Part shown: positions 1-11,249 of the stretch, in pieces
Position numbering within the stretch: position 1 is the stretch's first letter
Layout: every line of letters starts with the position of its first letter
DNA from: Octopus sinensis
Lineage: Eukaryota
Direction: 5' to 3'
Assembly (NCBI RefSeq): GCF_006345805.1
Contig: NC_043001.1
Location: 22,878,001-22,942,000 of the forward strand
DNA: 64,000 nt
Translations under genes and position numbers: made by a program
Notes under the pieces: model-generated
Databases searched by the model: none
Told to the model about the DNA's origin: nothing
Seen by the model: the letters and a program-made list of their open reading frames with translations, nothing else

Positions 1-495
1 TTCATCCTTTCGGGGTCGATAAATTAAGTACCAGTTACGCACTGGGGTCGATGTAATCGACTTAATACCTATGTTTGTCCTTGTTTGTCCCCTCTGTGTT
101 TAGCCCCTTGTGGCTAATAAAGAAATAGGTATTTCGTCTGCTGTCACGTTCTGAGTTCAAATTCCGCCGAGGTCGACTTTGCCTTTCATCCTTTCGGGGT
201 CGATAAATTAAGTACCAGTTACGCACTGGGGTCGATGTAATCGACTTAATACCTATGTCTGTCCTTGTTTGTCCCCTCTGTGTTTAGCCCCTTGTGGGTA
301 ATAAAGAAATAGGTATTTCGTCTGCTGTCACGTTCTGAGTTCAAATTCCGCCGAGGTCGACTTTGCCTTTCATCCTTTCGGGGTCGATAAATTAAGTACC
401 AGTTACGCACTGGGGTCGATGTAATCGACTTAATACCTATGTCTGTCCTTGTTTGTCTCCTCTATGTTTAGCCCCTTGTGGGCAATAAAGAAATA
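1..495 (+). repeat. Tandem array (about 2.7 copies, 184-bp period) of the 3' part of SINE family A
   Basis: TTCATCCTTTCGGGGTCGATAAATTAAGTACC recurs at 1, 185 and 369. Units are nearly identical and match the dispersed family A copies; the array is cut by the window start. Confidence 0.9.
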
Positions 496-1496
496 AGAGG
501 AGCGTTATGATCTCGTTCATTTATGCACCACGGAGATTTGGTACCCAGCCTTATGAATCCCGGTGCTCAAGAGAAACAAATGGGTGTACATATAGCATAC
601 TAAACCTCAAGTATTTATAACAAATTGCTTCTATTTGAAAACGTTAGTTCACATCATATGTTCAGATGTTGAGAGTGGATTGAAGTGTGTACTTAAAGTT
701 TACTTAAAAAGAAATGCTTCTTCTCTCATCCAACATTGAAGTGTCACTCATATGTAATGAATATCGTCAGTATAGAACAAGATATCGTCGAACAGATTTT
801 GACCCAGTTTGATTGCCAGATGAATTCACTTCGCTTGCATAGCTAATGCACGAATGTGGATAGAATGACTACAATATCATCCCTGTTCCTATAAATATCT
901 TATTTTGTACCTTGGGTAAGACATCGCGACGGTGATATGTTCAATGTTTATTTTATAGCAAAATGTTTCTAATTAACTAAGCTAAATATTGAACAAAATA
1001 CTTGAACAAAATACTTTATTTCACGTTGCTTTAGTCCATTCATCGGGCCAAAATGAGTAGTACCTGTATTTCAAAGGGCCAGTCTTGTCACACTCTGTGT
1101 CACGCAGAATCTCCTTGAGAACTACGTTAAAGGTACGTGTGTCTGTGGAGTACTCAGCCACTTGCACGTTAATTCCATGAGAAGGAACTCTCGTCGTCGT
1201 AATCGACGGAGTGTCAGGCTATTTTTAAACAACTGTTTTTTGTCTTAGTAGTAACTGATCTTTAGGACGAAAGATGATCGGCTCCTGGGATCTTCGAATT
1301 TTTTCCTCTTTTCAATGCATGTAGCATGCATCAAAAGGGGAAATTTTCAGCAACGATATAATAGGGACATTATAAAAATGTGTAATTTATGCACAAAACC
1401 AGCAATTTTGAGTTCTCATTACTTACATAGTATATTATTTTATCGACTTCGAAAGGCTGAAAGGGAAAATTGACCTCGGCACTTAAAGAGACAGAG

Positions 1497-1527
<31 letters not shown>

Positions 1528-1715
1528 CATACATACATACATACATACATACATGCATGGATACATACATACATACATACATACATACATGCATGGATAC
1601 ATACATACATACATACATACATACATACATACATACATACATACGTACATACATACGTACATACATACATATGTGTGTGTGTGTGTGTGCCTGTGTGTGT
1701 GTGTGTGTGTGTGTA
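1497..1715. repeat. (ACAT)n then (GT)n microsatellite
   Basis: Direct reading. Confidence 0.95.
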
Positions 1716-1724
1716 TATGCGTGT

Positions 1725-1935
1725 CTGTGCCTTTGTGTTTGTCCTCCACCAACGTTTGACAACCGGTGTTGATTTGTTTACGCTCCCGTAACTTACCGGT
1801 TCAGCCAAGCGATCGATAGAATAAGTGCAAGTTTTAAATATAATGTTCTGGGGGTCGATTTGTTCGACTGAACCCTTCAAGGCAGTACCCCCAACATGGC
1901 TGCAATCCAATGACTGAAACAAGTAAAAGATAAAC
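1725..1935 (+). mobile_element. SINE family B, 3' half, diverged
   Basis: Homologous to the 3' half of the full copies at 2630-3065 and 4975-5378; ends in ATGACTGAAACAAGTAAAAG. Confidence 0.75.
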
Positions 1936-2429
1936 ACAATATCGGCTTTTTTACTTTCTCCACTGATGCAATATTGCTTTATTGAAATTCCTACACTGTA
2001 ATGCTTCAGTCGTTATAGAAAAGCATACATTTCATTAATAGATTTCATTAATACGTTATCATATTATAAAATCTGAATGTTATCTTATTTAGACAAATCT
2101 GAATATGGTTATCTTTATTACATTTATGTCTCCGTAGAATAGATATGACTTAATGTCTTACGTAATATAACTTTACCAGTAGACCGCCGACAAAAACTTC
2201 TGATAAACCTTCGTTAATTCAAATTTATACCAGTCTGTATTGATGTTCTGTTATCAGATCATTTGATTTTAATAAGTTTCTATCTGGTTGACCTACTCCA
2301 AACAGATTGTATAACTAAAGCTTACGCAATTTTCCAAAGCAATTTTATATCCAGATTTTATATTCAACAACGTCTTTATAACTCATCATTGAACTTTTTT
2401 TTCTTTTAGCTATTAGACACAAAGTTTTG

Positions 2430-2595
2430 GAAAGTGGGCTTGTGGATTACATTGGCCTCATTGCTCAACTGGTACTTATTTTACTGAACTCGGAAGGATG
2501 GAAGACGAAGTTGGCCTCGGTAGAATTTGAACTCATAACATAAAACCGGAAGAAATCCTATTAAGTATTTTTTGCAGCGTGACAACGATTGTCTG
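2430..2595 (-). mobile_element. SINE family A, diverged
   Basis: Reverse-complement family A core: CTGGTACTTATTT...CTCGGTAGAATTTGAACTCA. Confidence 0.7.
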
Positions 2596-2629
2596 TTCGC
2601 TGACTCAACAATATTATATATTATAAATA

Positions 2630-3065
2630 TAGGAGTAGGAATGGCTGCGTGGTAAGTATAGATGTAAGAGTGGCTGTGTGGTAAATAGCTTTCTTACGAA
2701 CCACATAGTTCCGGGTTCAGTCCCACTGCGTGGCACCTTGGGCAAGTGTCTTCTACTATAGCCTCGGGCCGACCGAAGCTTTGTGAGTAGAGTTGGTAGA
2801 CGGAAACTGAAAGAAGCCCGTTGTATATATATGTATATATATATATGTATGTGCGTGTATATGTTTGTGTGTTTGTACTCCCAATACCGCTTGTCAACCG
2901 ATGCTAGTGTGTTTACGTCCCCGTAACTTAGTGGTTCGGCAAAAGAGACCGATAGAATAAGTACTAGGCTTACAAAGAATAAGTCCTGGGGTCGATTTGC
3001 TCGACTAAAGGCGGTGCTCCAGCATGGCCACAGTCAAATGACTGAAACAAGTAAAAGAGAAAAAA
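2630..3065 (+). mobile_element. SINE family B, full length (tRNA-like head, CORE-like segment, microsatellite linker, LINE-like tail)
   Basis: A-box-like TGGCTGTGTGG and B-box-like GGTTCAGTCCC. GGCACCTTGGGCAAGTGTCTT resembles the CORE-SINE domain. Many near-identical copies in the window; short duplication of the head. Confidence 0.85.
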
Positions 3066-3109
3066 GTGTAAAAGAATCCTTTTTACTGTAGGTACAAGGT
3101 CTGAAATTT

Positions 3110-3228
3110 CGTCGTTCGTAGTAAAGACAGTATTTGCTTTTTGTATACGAAAAGAATAAAATCTTGCTTATCAAAAATCGCAGCAGATGTCATCGTCTTC
3201 TTTGTACAACTGGTGACTCCGATGTGAT
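3110..3228 (+). mobile_element. 3' end of a Ty3/Gypsy 5' LTR plus tRNA-Trp primer-binding site
   Basis: AATAAA, then ...TGTACA, 2 nt, then TGGTGACTCCGATGTGAT (3211-3228). This matches the complement of the eukaryotic tRNA-Trp 3' end as I recall it (TGGTGACCCCGACGTGAT) at 16/18. A gag remnant follows. Confidence 0.65.
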
Positions 3229-3311
3229 AACAACATTTCGCAATATCATCTTCCAGCACCATTAGCCAGAAGTTTCAACACTGAGACGCCTTTCGAATCG
3301 TCTCCGACATC

Positions 3312-4115
3312 ATGAATACCTACCGAGGCAGCCGTATCATTGCGTTTCCCACATTTTGGACACATGATCCGACAATGTGGTTTATCTACCTAGAGGCGCA
3401 GTTTTCGTCTCTGTGCATTACGAAAAAACAGCATCCGCACGTCTTCGGCACCTTCTGCCGAAGATTCTGTCGGAGATTCGGGATTTGCTTACGTATCGGG
3501 GCAGAATCGTCCCGTATGAAACTCTCAAGCTAGAGTTGATCAAATCAGAGTCGCAACAGTAGTGGTTGCACCGGCCTCGAAAGCCTTCTCAAATTCTTCG
3601 ACGCATGAAGCACTTGCAAGAGGACAACACCGTGGACCAAGTGGTACTCAAGCGGCTATTCACCTAGAACCATCCAGCGTTTCCTCGCCGCTACGAAAGA
3701 GTAACCTGCATAGAATATTTGGCAGAAATAGGCAGACAACATCGCAGAAGAATCCACACCTCTTCCAACAGTTGCGCGATTAGCACCACCCAAGTAACGA
3801 GCAAGTTCTTGTTGCTGTTGCAGTTGTTGTTTCTGTTGTTGTTGTTGTTGCTGTTGTTGTTGTTGTTCTTGTTGTTGTTCTTGTTGTTCTTGTTCTTCTT
3901 GTTCTTGTTGTTCTTGTTCTTCTTGTTCTTCTTGTTCTTGTTCTTCTTGTTCTTCTTGTTCTTCTCCTTCTTCTTCCTTTTCTTCTTCTTCTCCTCCTTC
4001 TTCTTCTTCTTCTTCTCCTCCTCCTCCTCCTCCTCCTTCTTCTTCTTCTTCTCCTTCTTCTTCTTCGAGCTATGAGGTAGCGGCCCTCCGAGCTCAACTC
4101 GCAGAGAGAGACAAA
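3312..4115 (+). pseudogene. Frameshifted Ty3/Gypsy gag remnant interrupted by a trinucleotide repeat
   Basis: AFPTFWTHDPTMWFIYLEAQF and LLPKILSEIRDLL...PYETLKLELIK match the invertebrate Gypsy gag N-terminal pattern (PxFWxxDPxxWFxxxEAQF; YxxLKxxLI). YEVAALRAQLAERDK resumes after the repeat. Confidence 0.75.
3803..4066. repeat. Compound (GTT)n/(CTT)n/(CTC)n trinucleotide repeat
   Basis: Direct reading; it produces the spurious poly-K/N/R/L/F ORFs. Confidence 0.95.
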
Positions 4116-4559
4116 TAAGTACGATTTGGTAGATGAAAGCTGCATATTTGTGCGTATGCGTGTCTACACCCATGTGCGCGCGCGCGCGCGTTTGTGTTTG
4201 TGCGTGCGTGCGTGTGTGTGTGTGTGTGTGTGCATGCCTGTGTGTGTATGCGCGCGCGTACGTGCTTGTTCCTCACCACTGCTTGACAGCCAGCGTTGGT
4301 GTGTTAACGCCCTCGTAACACAGTGGATCGGCAAAAGAAACTAGGCTGAAATGTACCAAGCTTAAAAAGTACTGGGATCGATTCGTTGGACTATAAATAC
4401 TTCAAGCCGGTGCCGCAGCACGACCGTAGTCTAGTGATTGAAACAAGCGTAAGATAAAGGATAAAAAAAAGAAAACACATTGTCTATAATGATTGTTTCC
4501 AATTTAGCCAAAATACCAGCAGAAAAGTAGAGGATTTGGCTATTACTACTGATCCACGT

Positions 4560-4865
4560 GACAACTTGTTGGGGCTGCCTGCTGGAGCCTAGTAGCAGGT
4601 ATTTAAAGGGGAATTTCATAAGACTGTCAGTCGCCCGCTGACACTCGTTGACGCTACATCGAAGAGGCCAGGGAACAGAAGAAAGAAGACATGCACCCAA
4701 CACCAGAGCTGAAGAGACCTCCGAAATGGGGGTGGGGGCTGCCACGTCAAAACGGTAGAGGAGTAGGGGCCGAAACCGGACGCGGTTCCTCCTGATGATG
4801 TCTTGATCTAAATGGATCCTATAAAGAAGCTGTTGTGATAGCAGACCACGAAACACGGTCGAAAT
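4560..4865 (+). mobile_element. Penelope-like terminal (pLTR-like) remnant with degenerate hammerhead-like motifs
   Basis: TATTTAAAGGG, then CTGAAGA-ACCTCC/GGGGGT...ACGTC, GGCCGAAACCGGAC and CTGATGA...CGAAACACGGTC. Confidence 0.45.
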
Positions 4866-4974
4866 TCCTTACTTTAATTTACTGACACTGAAAGATGAAA
4901 GGCGAAGTTGACCTCAGTAGGATTTGGAGTCAGATTGTAAAGAGCCGGAACAAATACCGCAAGGAATTTTTCCG

Positions 4975-5378
4975 AGTGGCTGTGTGGTAAGTAGCTTGCT
5001 TACCAACCACATGGTTCCGGGTTCAGTCCCACTGCGTGGCACCTTGGGCAAGTGTCTTCTACTATAGCCTCGGGCCGACTAAAGCCTTGTGAGTGGATTT
5101 GGTAGACGGAAACTGAAAGAAGTTTGTCGTATATATGTATATATGTATATGTGTGTGTGTATATGTTTGTGTGTCTGTGTTTGTCCCCCCAGCATCGCTT
5201 GACAACCGATGCTGGTGTGTTTACGTCCCCGTAACTTAGCGGTTCGGCAAAAGAGACCGATAGAATAAGTACTAGGCTTACAAAGAATAAGTCCTGGGGT
5301 CGATTTGCTCGACTAAAAGCGGTGCTCCAGTATGGCCACAGTCAAATGACTGAAACAAGTAAAAGAGTAAAAGAGTCA
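4975..5378 (+). mobile_element. SINE family B, full length
   Basis: Near-identical to 2653-3065; preceded by a minus-strand family A fragment (4875-4975). Confidence 0.9.
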
Positions 5379-5629
5379 CTTTAGCGATTGTGCAATTCCA
5401 CCACTCATGCGCAATCTGTATTAATAGTTTCTGGATTAGGCGCCAGGTCAGTAATTTTGACGAGAGAGATTAGTTGATACCATCGCCTCCAGTGCTTGAT
5501 TGGTTCTTATATTAACGATCTTGGAGGGATGAGATGTAATGCATACGTTTAATAACAACGAAAAAAAAAAGAAAAAAAAGAAAAAACCATATAATTAGCC
5601 AGTTAAATTATTGCTTTTAACATAAGAAT

Positions 5630-5822
5630 TAGTCCTGCAATTTGGAGGAGTTGGGTTAGACAATTAAATTAGACGACTGAGTAGTGATGTGTTTTATCGA
5701 CCCTAGATGAATGAAAGCATAGTTGACTTCGGTGGAATTTGAACTCAAAACGTAAAGAGGCAGAAGAAATATTACAAAGCATCTTCCCCGACGCTCTAAC
5801 GGTTTGACCAATCCACCGCCTC
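5630..5822 (-). mobile_element. SINE family A, diverged
   Basis: GTTGACTTCGGTGGAATTTGAACTCAAAACGTAAAG core. Confidence 0.7.
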
Positions 5823-5851
5823 ATGTAGTTTGTTAAAATAGCTGTTAGTTA

Positions 5852-6150
5852 CGAGGGTGATTCAGAAAGTATTGCAATTTTTACCATTGGAGGTGCATTT
5901 TTCAATGAAATTATTCGAAATTTGTACAGATCCAAAGGCATATGTATATTCTTGATCTTTAATTATCAATTTCGTTTGCTGTACATATGAATCGATTAGC
6001 TGATATCAACATGGTTGCCACGCTGGAAAACCACCAGAAGCAAAAAGCAGTAATTGAGTTCTTTGCTACCGAAGGAAAAAGTCCTGTAAACATTCACAAA
6101 AGACTGAAAAATGTTTAGAACAATGTTTAGACTACAGCAATGTAACCGAC
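5852..6150 (+). mobile_element. Mariner 5' end: TIR and transposase N-terminus, truncated by a SINE
   Basis: TA|CGAGGGTGATTCAGAAAGT TIR. ATG at 6011 gives MVATLENHQKQKAVIEFFATEGKSPVNIHKRLKNV*...DYSNV, the mariner HTH pattern, with stops. Confidence 0.75.
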
Positions 6151-6154
6151 TAGG

Positions 6155-6530
6155 ATTGGCAGAGTCATTAGAGTTTCGAACGAAATACCTCACGATATTA
6201 ATTCCAGCTTTCGTCTTTACGTTCTGAGTTCAAATTCCGCAAAGGTCGACTTTGCCTTTCAACCTTTCGGGGTCGATAAAATAAGTACCAGTTGAGCACT
6301 GGGATCGATGTAACTGACTTACCCATTCTCTGAAACTGCTTCGTACCAAAATTTGAAACCGATATTTGTTCCAGCTCTTCACGCCTCGAGTCCAAACACT
6401 GCCGAGGTCAACTTTGTTTTCATTCCTCTAAGGTCGATAAAATATTGTAGCAGTCAAATATTGGGGTCGATCTAATCGTCTATCCTCACTTCTCCAAATT
6501 TCAGGCCTTGGGCGTATGTTAGAAGCAATT
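6155..6530 (+). mobile_element. Two adjacent SINE family A copies
   Basis: GAGTTCAAATTCCGC...GGTCGATAAAATAAGTACCAG; the second copy starts near 6385. Confidence 0.8.
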
Positions 6531-6819
6531 CTTTAACTGACTAATCATAACGTTTTTATATAATATATATGCATAATTTTCGTACCCATTGATACTTACA
6601 GACAAAAACTACTCTGCGATACTTAAAACGAAGTAAGAATCGAAAATCACAACGGTTATCTTAATTCATACATTCCAATGATTACTGATTTAAAGAATCT
6701 CTTGATTTCTTCGTAATCTTTTCTTGAGTTTTTAGCATGGAATTTAATAGATATCAGTTACAAGTTCTACTCATTTAAAAGACGAAAACTGTGTACGCCC
6801 GTCGCATGTGTGTGTGTAT

Positions 6820-7055
6820 GTGTGCATTCGTGTGTAGGTGTGTGGGCGTCTTTGAGTTCGCGTTTGTCCGTTTCCACTTCTTGACAACTGGCGTTGGTTT
6901 GTTTATGTCTCCATAACTTAGTGGCTCGGCGAAAGAGTCGACAGAATAAGTACCACATTTAATAAACAAGTACTGGGGAGTGAGTTGTTCGACCAAACCT
7001 TTCAAAGCGGGACCCCAGCATGGCTGTAGTTCAATGACTGAAACAAGTTAGGCTA
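6820..7055 (+). mobile_element. SINE family B, 3' half
   Basis: GACAACTGGCGTTGGTTTGTTTATG...CAGCATGGCTGTAGTTCAATGACTGAAACAAG. Confidence 0.7.
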
Positions 7056-7259
7056 AAAGGTAAATATCATTTCACATCTAGCAAAACTTCCTGACTTTGT
7101 AACAGCTGAATATCATTTGACCCAAACTCTCTTTCCTTTTGTTTTAATCCCCAGGTGTTGTACTACCTCAGTTATTTGTTTTTCTTTCACAAACTGCGTT
7201 CTCCTAATATACATAGTAATAAACCTAAAAAAGAAAATGAACATTAATTATAGCGATAA

Positions 7260-7560
7260 ACGTCGCCCTTTTCAAGCCTAGTCAGGCTCATGGTTCCCAG
7301 GTTTCTGTGGCGTATGCGTTCCCCCCAGCTGGACAGGACGCCAGTCCATCGCAGCGTTACTCAAGAAACAGGAAGACAGAATGAGAGAAAGTTGTGGCCA
7401 AAGAGTACAACAGGGGTCGCCACCACTCCCTGCCGGAGCCTCGTGGAGCTTTTAGGTATTTTCGCTCAATAAACACACACAACGCCCGGTCTGGGAATCG
7501 AAACCGCGATCCTCCGATCGCGAGTCCGCTGCTCTAGCCACTGGGCCATTGTGCCCCCAC
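7260..7560 (-). mobile_element. SINE family C (tRNA-Arg-like head)
   Basis: Reverse complement reads TGGCCCAGTGGCTAGAGCAGCGGACTCGCGATC...GGTTTCGATTCCC; same family as 20447, 26443 and 63870. Confidence 0.8.
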
Positions 7561-7569
7561 TAACATTAA

Positions 7570-7770
7570 TGGGCCCGGTTTCTATGGTATATGTGTTCCC
7601 CAGCTGGACGGGACGCCAGTCCATCGCAGCGTTACTCATTTTTGCCAGCTGAGTGGACTGGAGCAATGTGAAATGAAGTGCTTTGCTCAAGAACACAACG
7701 CGTCGCCCGGTCCAGGAATCGAAACCACAATCTTACGATCATGGTGCTGACACCCTAACCACTAAGCCAC
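7570..7770 (-). mobile_element. SINE family D (tRNA head, GTGTTCTTGAGCAAAGCAC body), tail shared with family C
   Basis: Reverse complement has TGGCTTAGTGGTTAGGG and GGTTTCGATTCC; CTGGACGGGACGCCAGTCCATCGCAG is shared with 7330-7360. Confidence 0.75.
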
Positions 7771-8651
7771 GCGCCTCCACAACATTAATTATACTTATCT
7801 TAATTAGACATTCCTCTTTCATCATAAAGACGACCCGAAGAACAACGTTACGTTTATCTCTTAATATGTTTTCAACTGATATTCAACCTTTCTTTTCTGA
7901 TAATGTAGGCATATCGAATTTCTACAGGTTGTCAGACATTTTAATTTTGCGATTTCCGGAAGCTTCTATTGAAGGACTAAGCTTGTTGACTAAATTATGT
8001 AATGAGTCTAAAGTGCATACTTCTATATTTGGTTATCTGAAATTACCTAAAGAAAAAGAAAAAGGAAGATTTAACAAAAAGATTTCTTACGGACAAAAAT
8101 ATATTATTGAAATAAGGAACCACTTAAGGCAACTATAAGGTTTATCTAAGATAAGGATTACTTCAAGCGAATGTCGTTTTTTTTTTTGTTATTAATTTTG
8201 CTTAGTTTACCAGAAACGGAAGAGTAAAAACGTTCTGTATAAATTAAGAACATGTGTTACAAAGATCAAAAGGCCTTGAATACATTCCGAGCTCCCAAGT
8301 GAATTGTTCATAGTTCCGTAAAAAACTAAATGAACTGATGGTTAAATATAAAGACTAGTACCTTCGTAAATTGAAAATGTACTATTCTTACTGATTTCGG
8401 CAGTTATAACAGAAAACAGACCCAAAACAAATATGTCGGTCGAGTCTTTCTTTTTTTTTTATTCTTTTATTTCAAATTTACTTCATAAGAAACGCAGAAA
8501 GCTAAACACTGACATTAAAATTTGGTGTATAAATGTTATTTGGCGAGCATTAGACAGCATTTTTTTTCTTTCACCAAGAGTATCATTTCCTCGTTAGTTG
8601 CCGTTTTGAAGAAATTTCACATATACTTTCAACACACACACACTACACGCC

Positions 8652-8695
8652 TATGTATGTATGTATGCATGTATGCATGTATGTATGTATGTATG

Positions 8696-8726
<31 letters not shown>

Positions 8727-8867
8727 GTATGTATGTATGTATGTATGTCTGTATGTATGTATGTCTGTATGTATGTATGTAAGTATGTATGTATGTATGT
8801 ATGTATGTATGTATGTATGTATGTACGTATGTACGTATGTACGTACGTACGTATGTATGTATGTATG

Positions 8868-8898
<31 letters not shown>

Positions 8899-9248
8899 GT
8901 ATGTATGTAAGCATGTATGTATGTATGTATGTATGTATGTATGCATGTATGTCTGTATGTATGTATGCATGTATGCATGTATGTAAGTATGTATGTATGT
9001 ATGTATGTATGTATGTATGTACGTATGTATGTATGTATGTATGTATGTATGTATGTATGTGTGTGTATGAATGTATGTATGTATGTATGTATGCATGTAT
9101 GTATGTATGTATGTATGTATGTATGTATGTGTATGTATGTATGCATGCGTGTATGTATGTATGTATGTATGTATGTATGATGTATGTATGTATGTATGTA
9201 TGTATGTATGTATGTATATGTATGTATGTATGTACGTACGTACGTATG

Positions 9249-9279
<31 letters not shown>

Positions 9280-9322
9280 TGTATGTATGTATGTTATGTA
9301 TGTATGTATGTATGTATGTATG

Positions 9323-9356
<34 letters not shown>

Positions 9357-9494
9357 TGTATGCATACATGCTTGTATGTATGTATGTATGTATGTATGCA
9401 TGTATGTATGTATGTACGTACGTACGTATGTATGCATGCATGCATGTATGTATGTATGTATGTATGCATGTATGTATGTATGTATGTATGTATG

Positions 9495-9533
<39 letters not shown>

Positions 9534-9597
9534 ATGTATGTATGTATATATGTATGTTTGTATATATGTATGTATGTCCATGTGCGTGTGTGTGTAT
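8652..9597. repeat. About 950-bp (TATG)n microsatellite
   Basis: Direct reading; source of the YVCM/HTYI ORFs. Confidence 0.97.
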
Positions 9598-10654
9598 GGA
9601 GGCGCGGGCGTGCTTATTTTGTATATGCAAATCATTTCTTTGCATTTTTCTCGCGCATTAGCCTCCAATTATTTCCTCTCACTCTCTTCTTTCTCTCTCA
9701 CCAATTTTCTCTGCCGTAACTCAGACATCTTATTTTCAAACGTGCACATTTTCTAGTGGATAGAAGAGTCCAACAATGTAGTTTGGTGCCAGTTACTTAT
9801 TTAAAAAGCAAAGTTTAGATGGCATTGATAACAGGACAGACGTTATAAGTGTTTCATTGAAAAGAGATAGCAATATATTCTTCAGAAAGAAAACGCATTT
9901 TATTAATATCTACAACTGATATAAAGGAAATATGCGTGAAAAAAATTTTCAGAGAGCAGACAAATGCAGATGATATCATTTAATTAAGTTGTTTATAGGC
10001 ACTTATGGAAGACATTCGCATTAATAATTCATAAAGATCTGTTCACAGATCTTTGCTCACAGAAAAAAATGTTATGAGAAAATTTCGCGAGGTTCGTAAG
10101 AGTGCAAACATATTTTGCGAAACTAGACAAGTGAACAGAGATGTTTTATGAAATGACAGCTAAATGAAATGAAATGTTATAATAAATAATAAATCAACTT
10201 ATGAAATCCTAATATTTACTATTATATAATGCTCACTCCCAGATTCAGTTATTTCGTCCTCTCTAAATTCACGTTCACCGAAATATAGAAAAATTTCAAG
10301 GATGACTACCTCTATTCAAAGTGAGTTTAGATATCACTTAAGCTTATATGTGTGTGTACTAATTGTCCATGAGACAATGTACTCCAACGTTAAAAGTCTG
10401 CAAGAAATAAGATTCATGAATTCATTTGTAGCATAGACACTAAACATAGAAGTCGAAACTCTTCGGTGTTAGAGTTGTTGAAAAATTAAACCAAATATTC
10501 TAATGAGTAGCTACATTCAAAGTGTTCCTTTTTTTTAAACAATGTATTAAAAACATTTCCAATTTGTAATTGTCCATTTCTTTGCTAATATTTACACATT
10601 TTCCAGTAAAGTGTGCAAATATTAGCAAAGAAATGGACAATTACAAATGTTTTT

Positions 10655-11085
10655 AATACATTGTTAAAAAAAGGGACTGAGACATGGCGAACAACAGTTA
10701 AGTCAAATAAGCAAATACAATCATTCATCAACAGATGTTTGCGTAGTATACTCAAAATTAGATGGACCCCAACACATAAGCAATATGGAGCTAGGGTAAA
10801 GAACAAATCAAGTTTCGATTAGGGAGCAAATATTTAAGAAAAAGTGGATTGGTAGCACAATTAGAAAAGAAACACCAAATGTAGCGAAAAGTGCTTTACA
10901 GTGGAAAACGGATGGATATAGAAGGAGAGGTAGACCTAAGAACTCATGGCGTAGATCAACACAAAAGGAACTAGAGAAAGGGGGTCATTCATGGCAGAGT
11001 ATTAGTACAGAAGCGAAAAATTATGCGACATGGAATTCAATTATAAGTGGCCTATACTCCACGTTGGAGGGTTAAAGGCAGAAAA
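10655..11085 (+). mobile_element. RTE-clade LINE, C-terminal ORF remnant
   Basis: GTETWRTTVKSNKQIQSFINRCLRSILKIRW...RPKNSWRRSTQKELEK matches the RTE post-RT region (ETW...FINRCLRRIL.I.W...RGRP..TW); frameshifted. Confidence 0.8.
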
Positions 11086-11249
11086 AGAAATTAAAAACAT
11101 ATAAAAATATAAAATGATGTTTCTGTCACATCAATTACGCCCAAAATTACAGTATATTGGGAATGATTTGAACATGTAGATATAAAAAGATGAGAAATAT
11201 TATATTTATTTGATATGGTAGAGGAGGGTATATAATGTTGCCTATGACA

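Noticed and set aside
1-495. CRISPR-like regular repeats
   Set aside because: Units are contiguous SINE fragments with no unique spacers, in a eukaryotic context with no cas genes.
3691-4173. Poly-K/E/N, poly-R and poly-L/F ORFs
   Set aside because: Trinucleotide repeat read-through.
8629-9756. Long ORFs (up to 338 aa) of YVCM/HTYI repeats, and similar ORFs at 1.4, 19, 21.7, 23.6, 38, 49.7, 54 and 58.6 kb
   Set aside because: They are translations of (TATG)n/(AT)n microsatellites that lack stop codons; no coding evidence.
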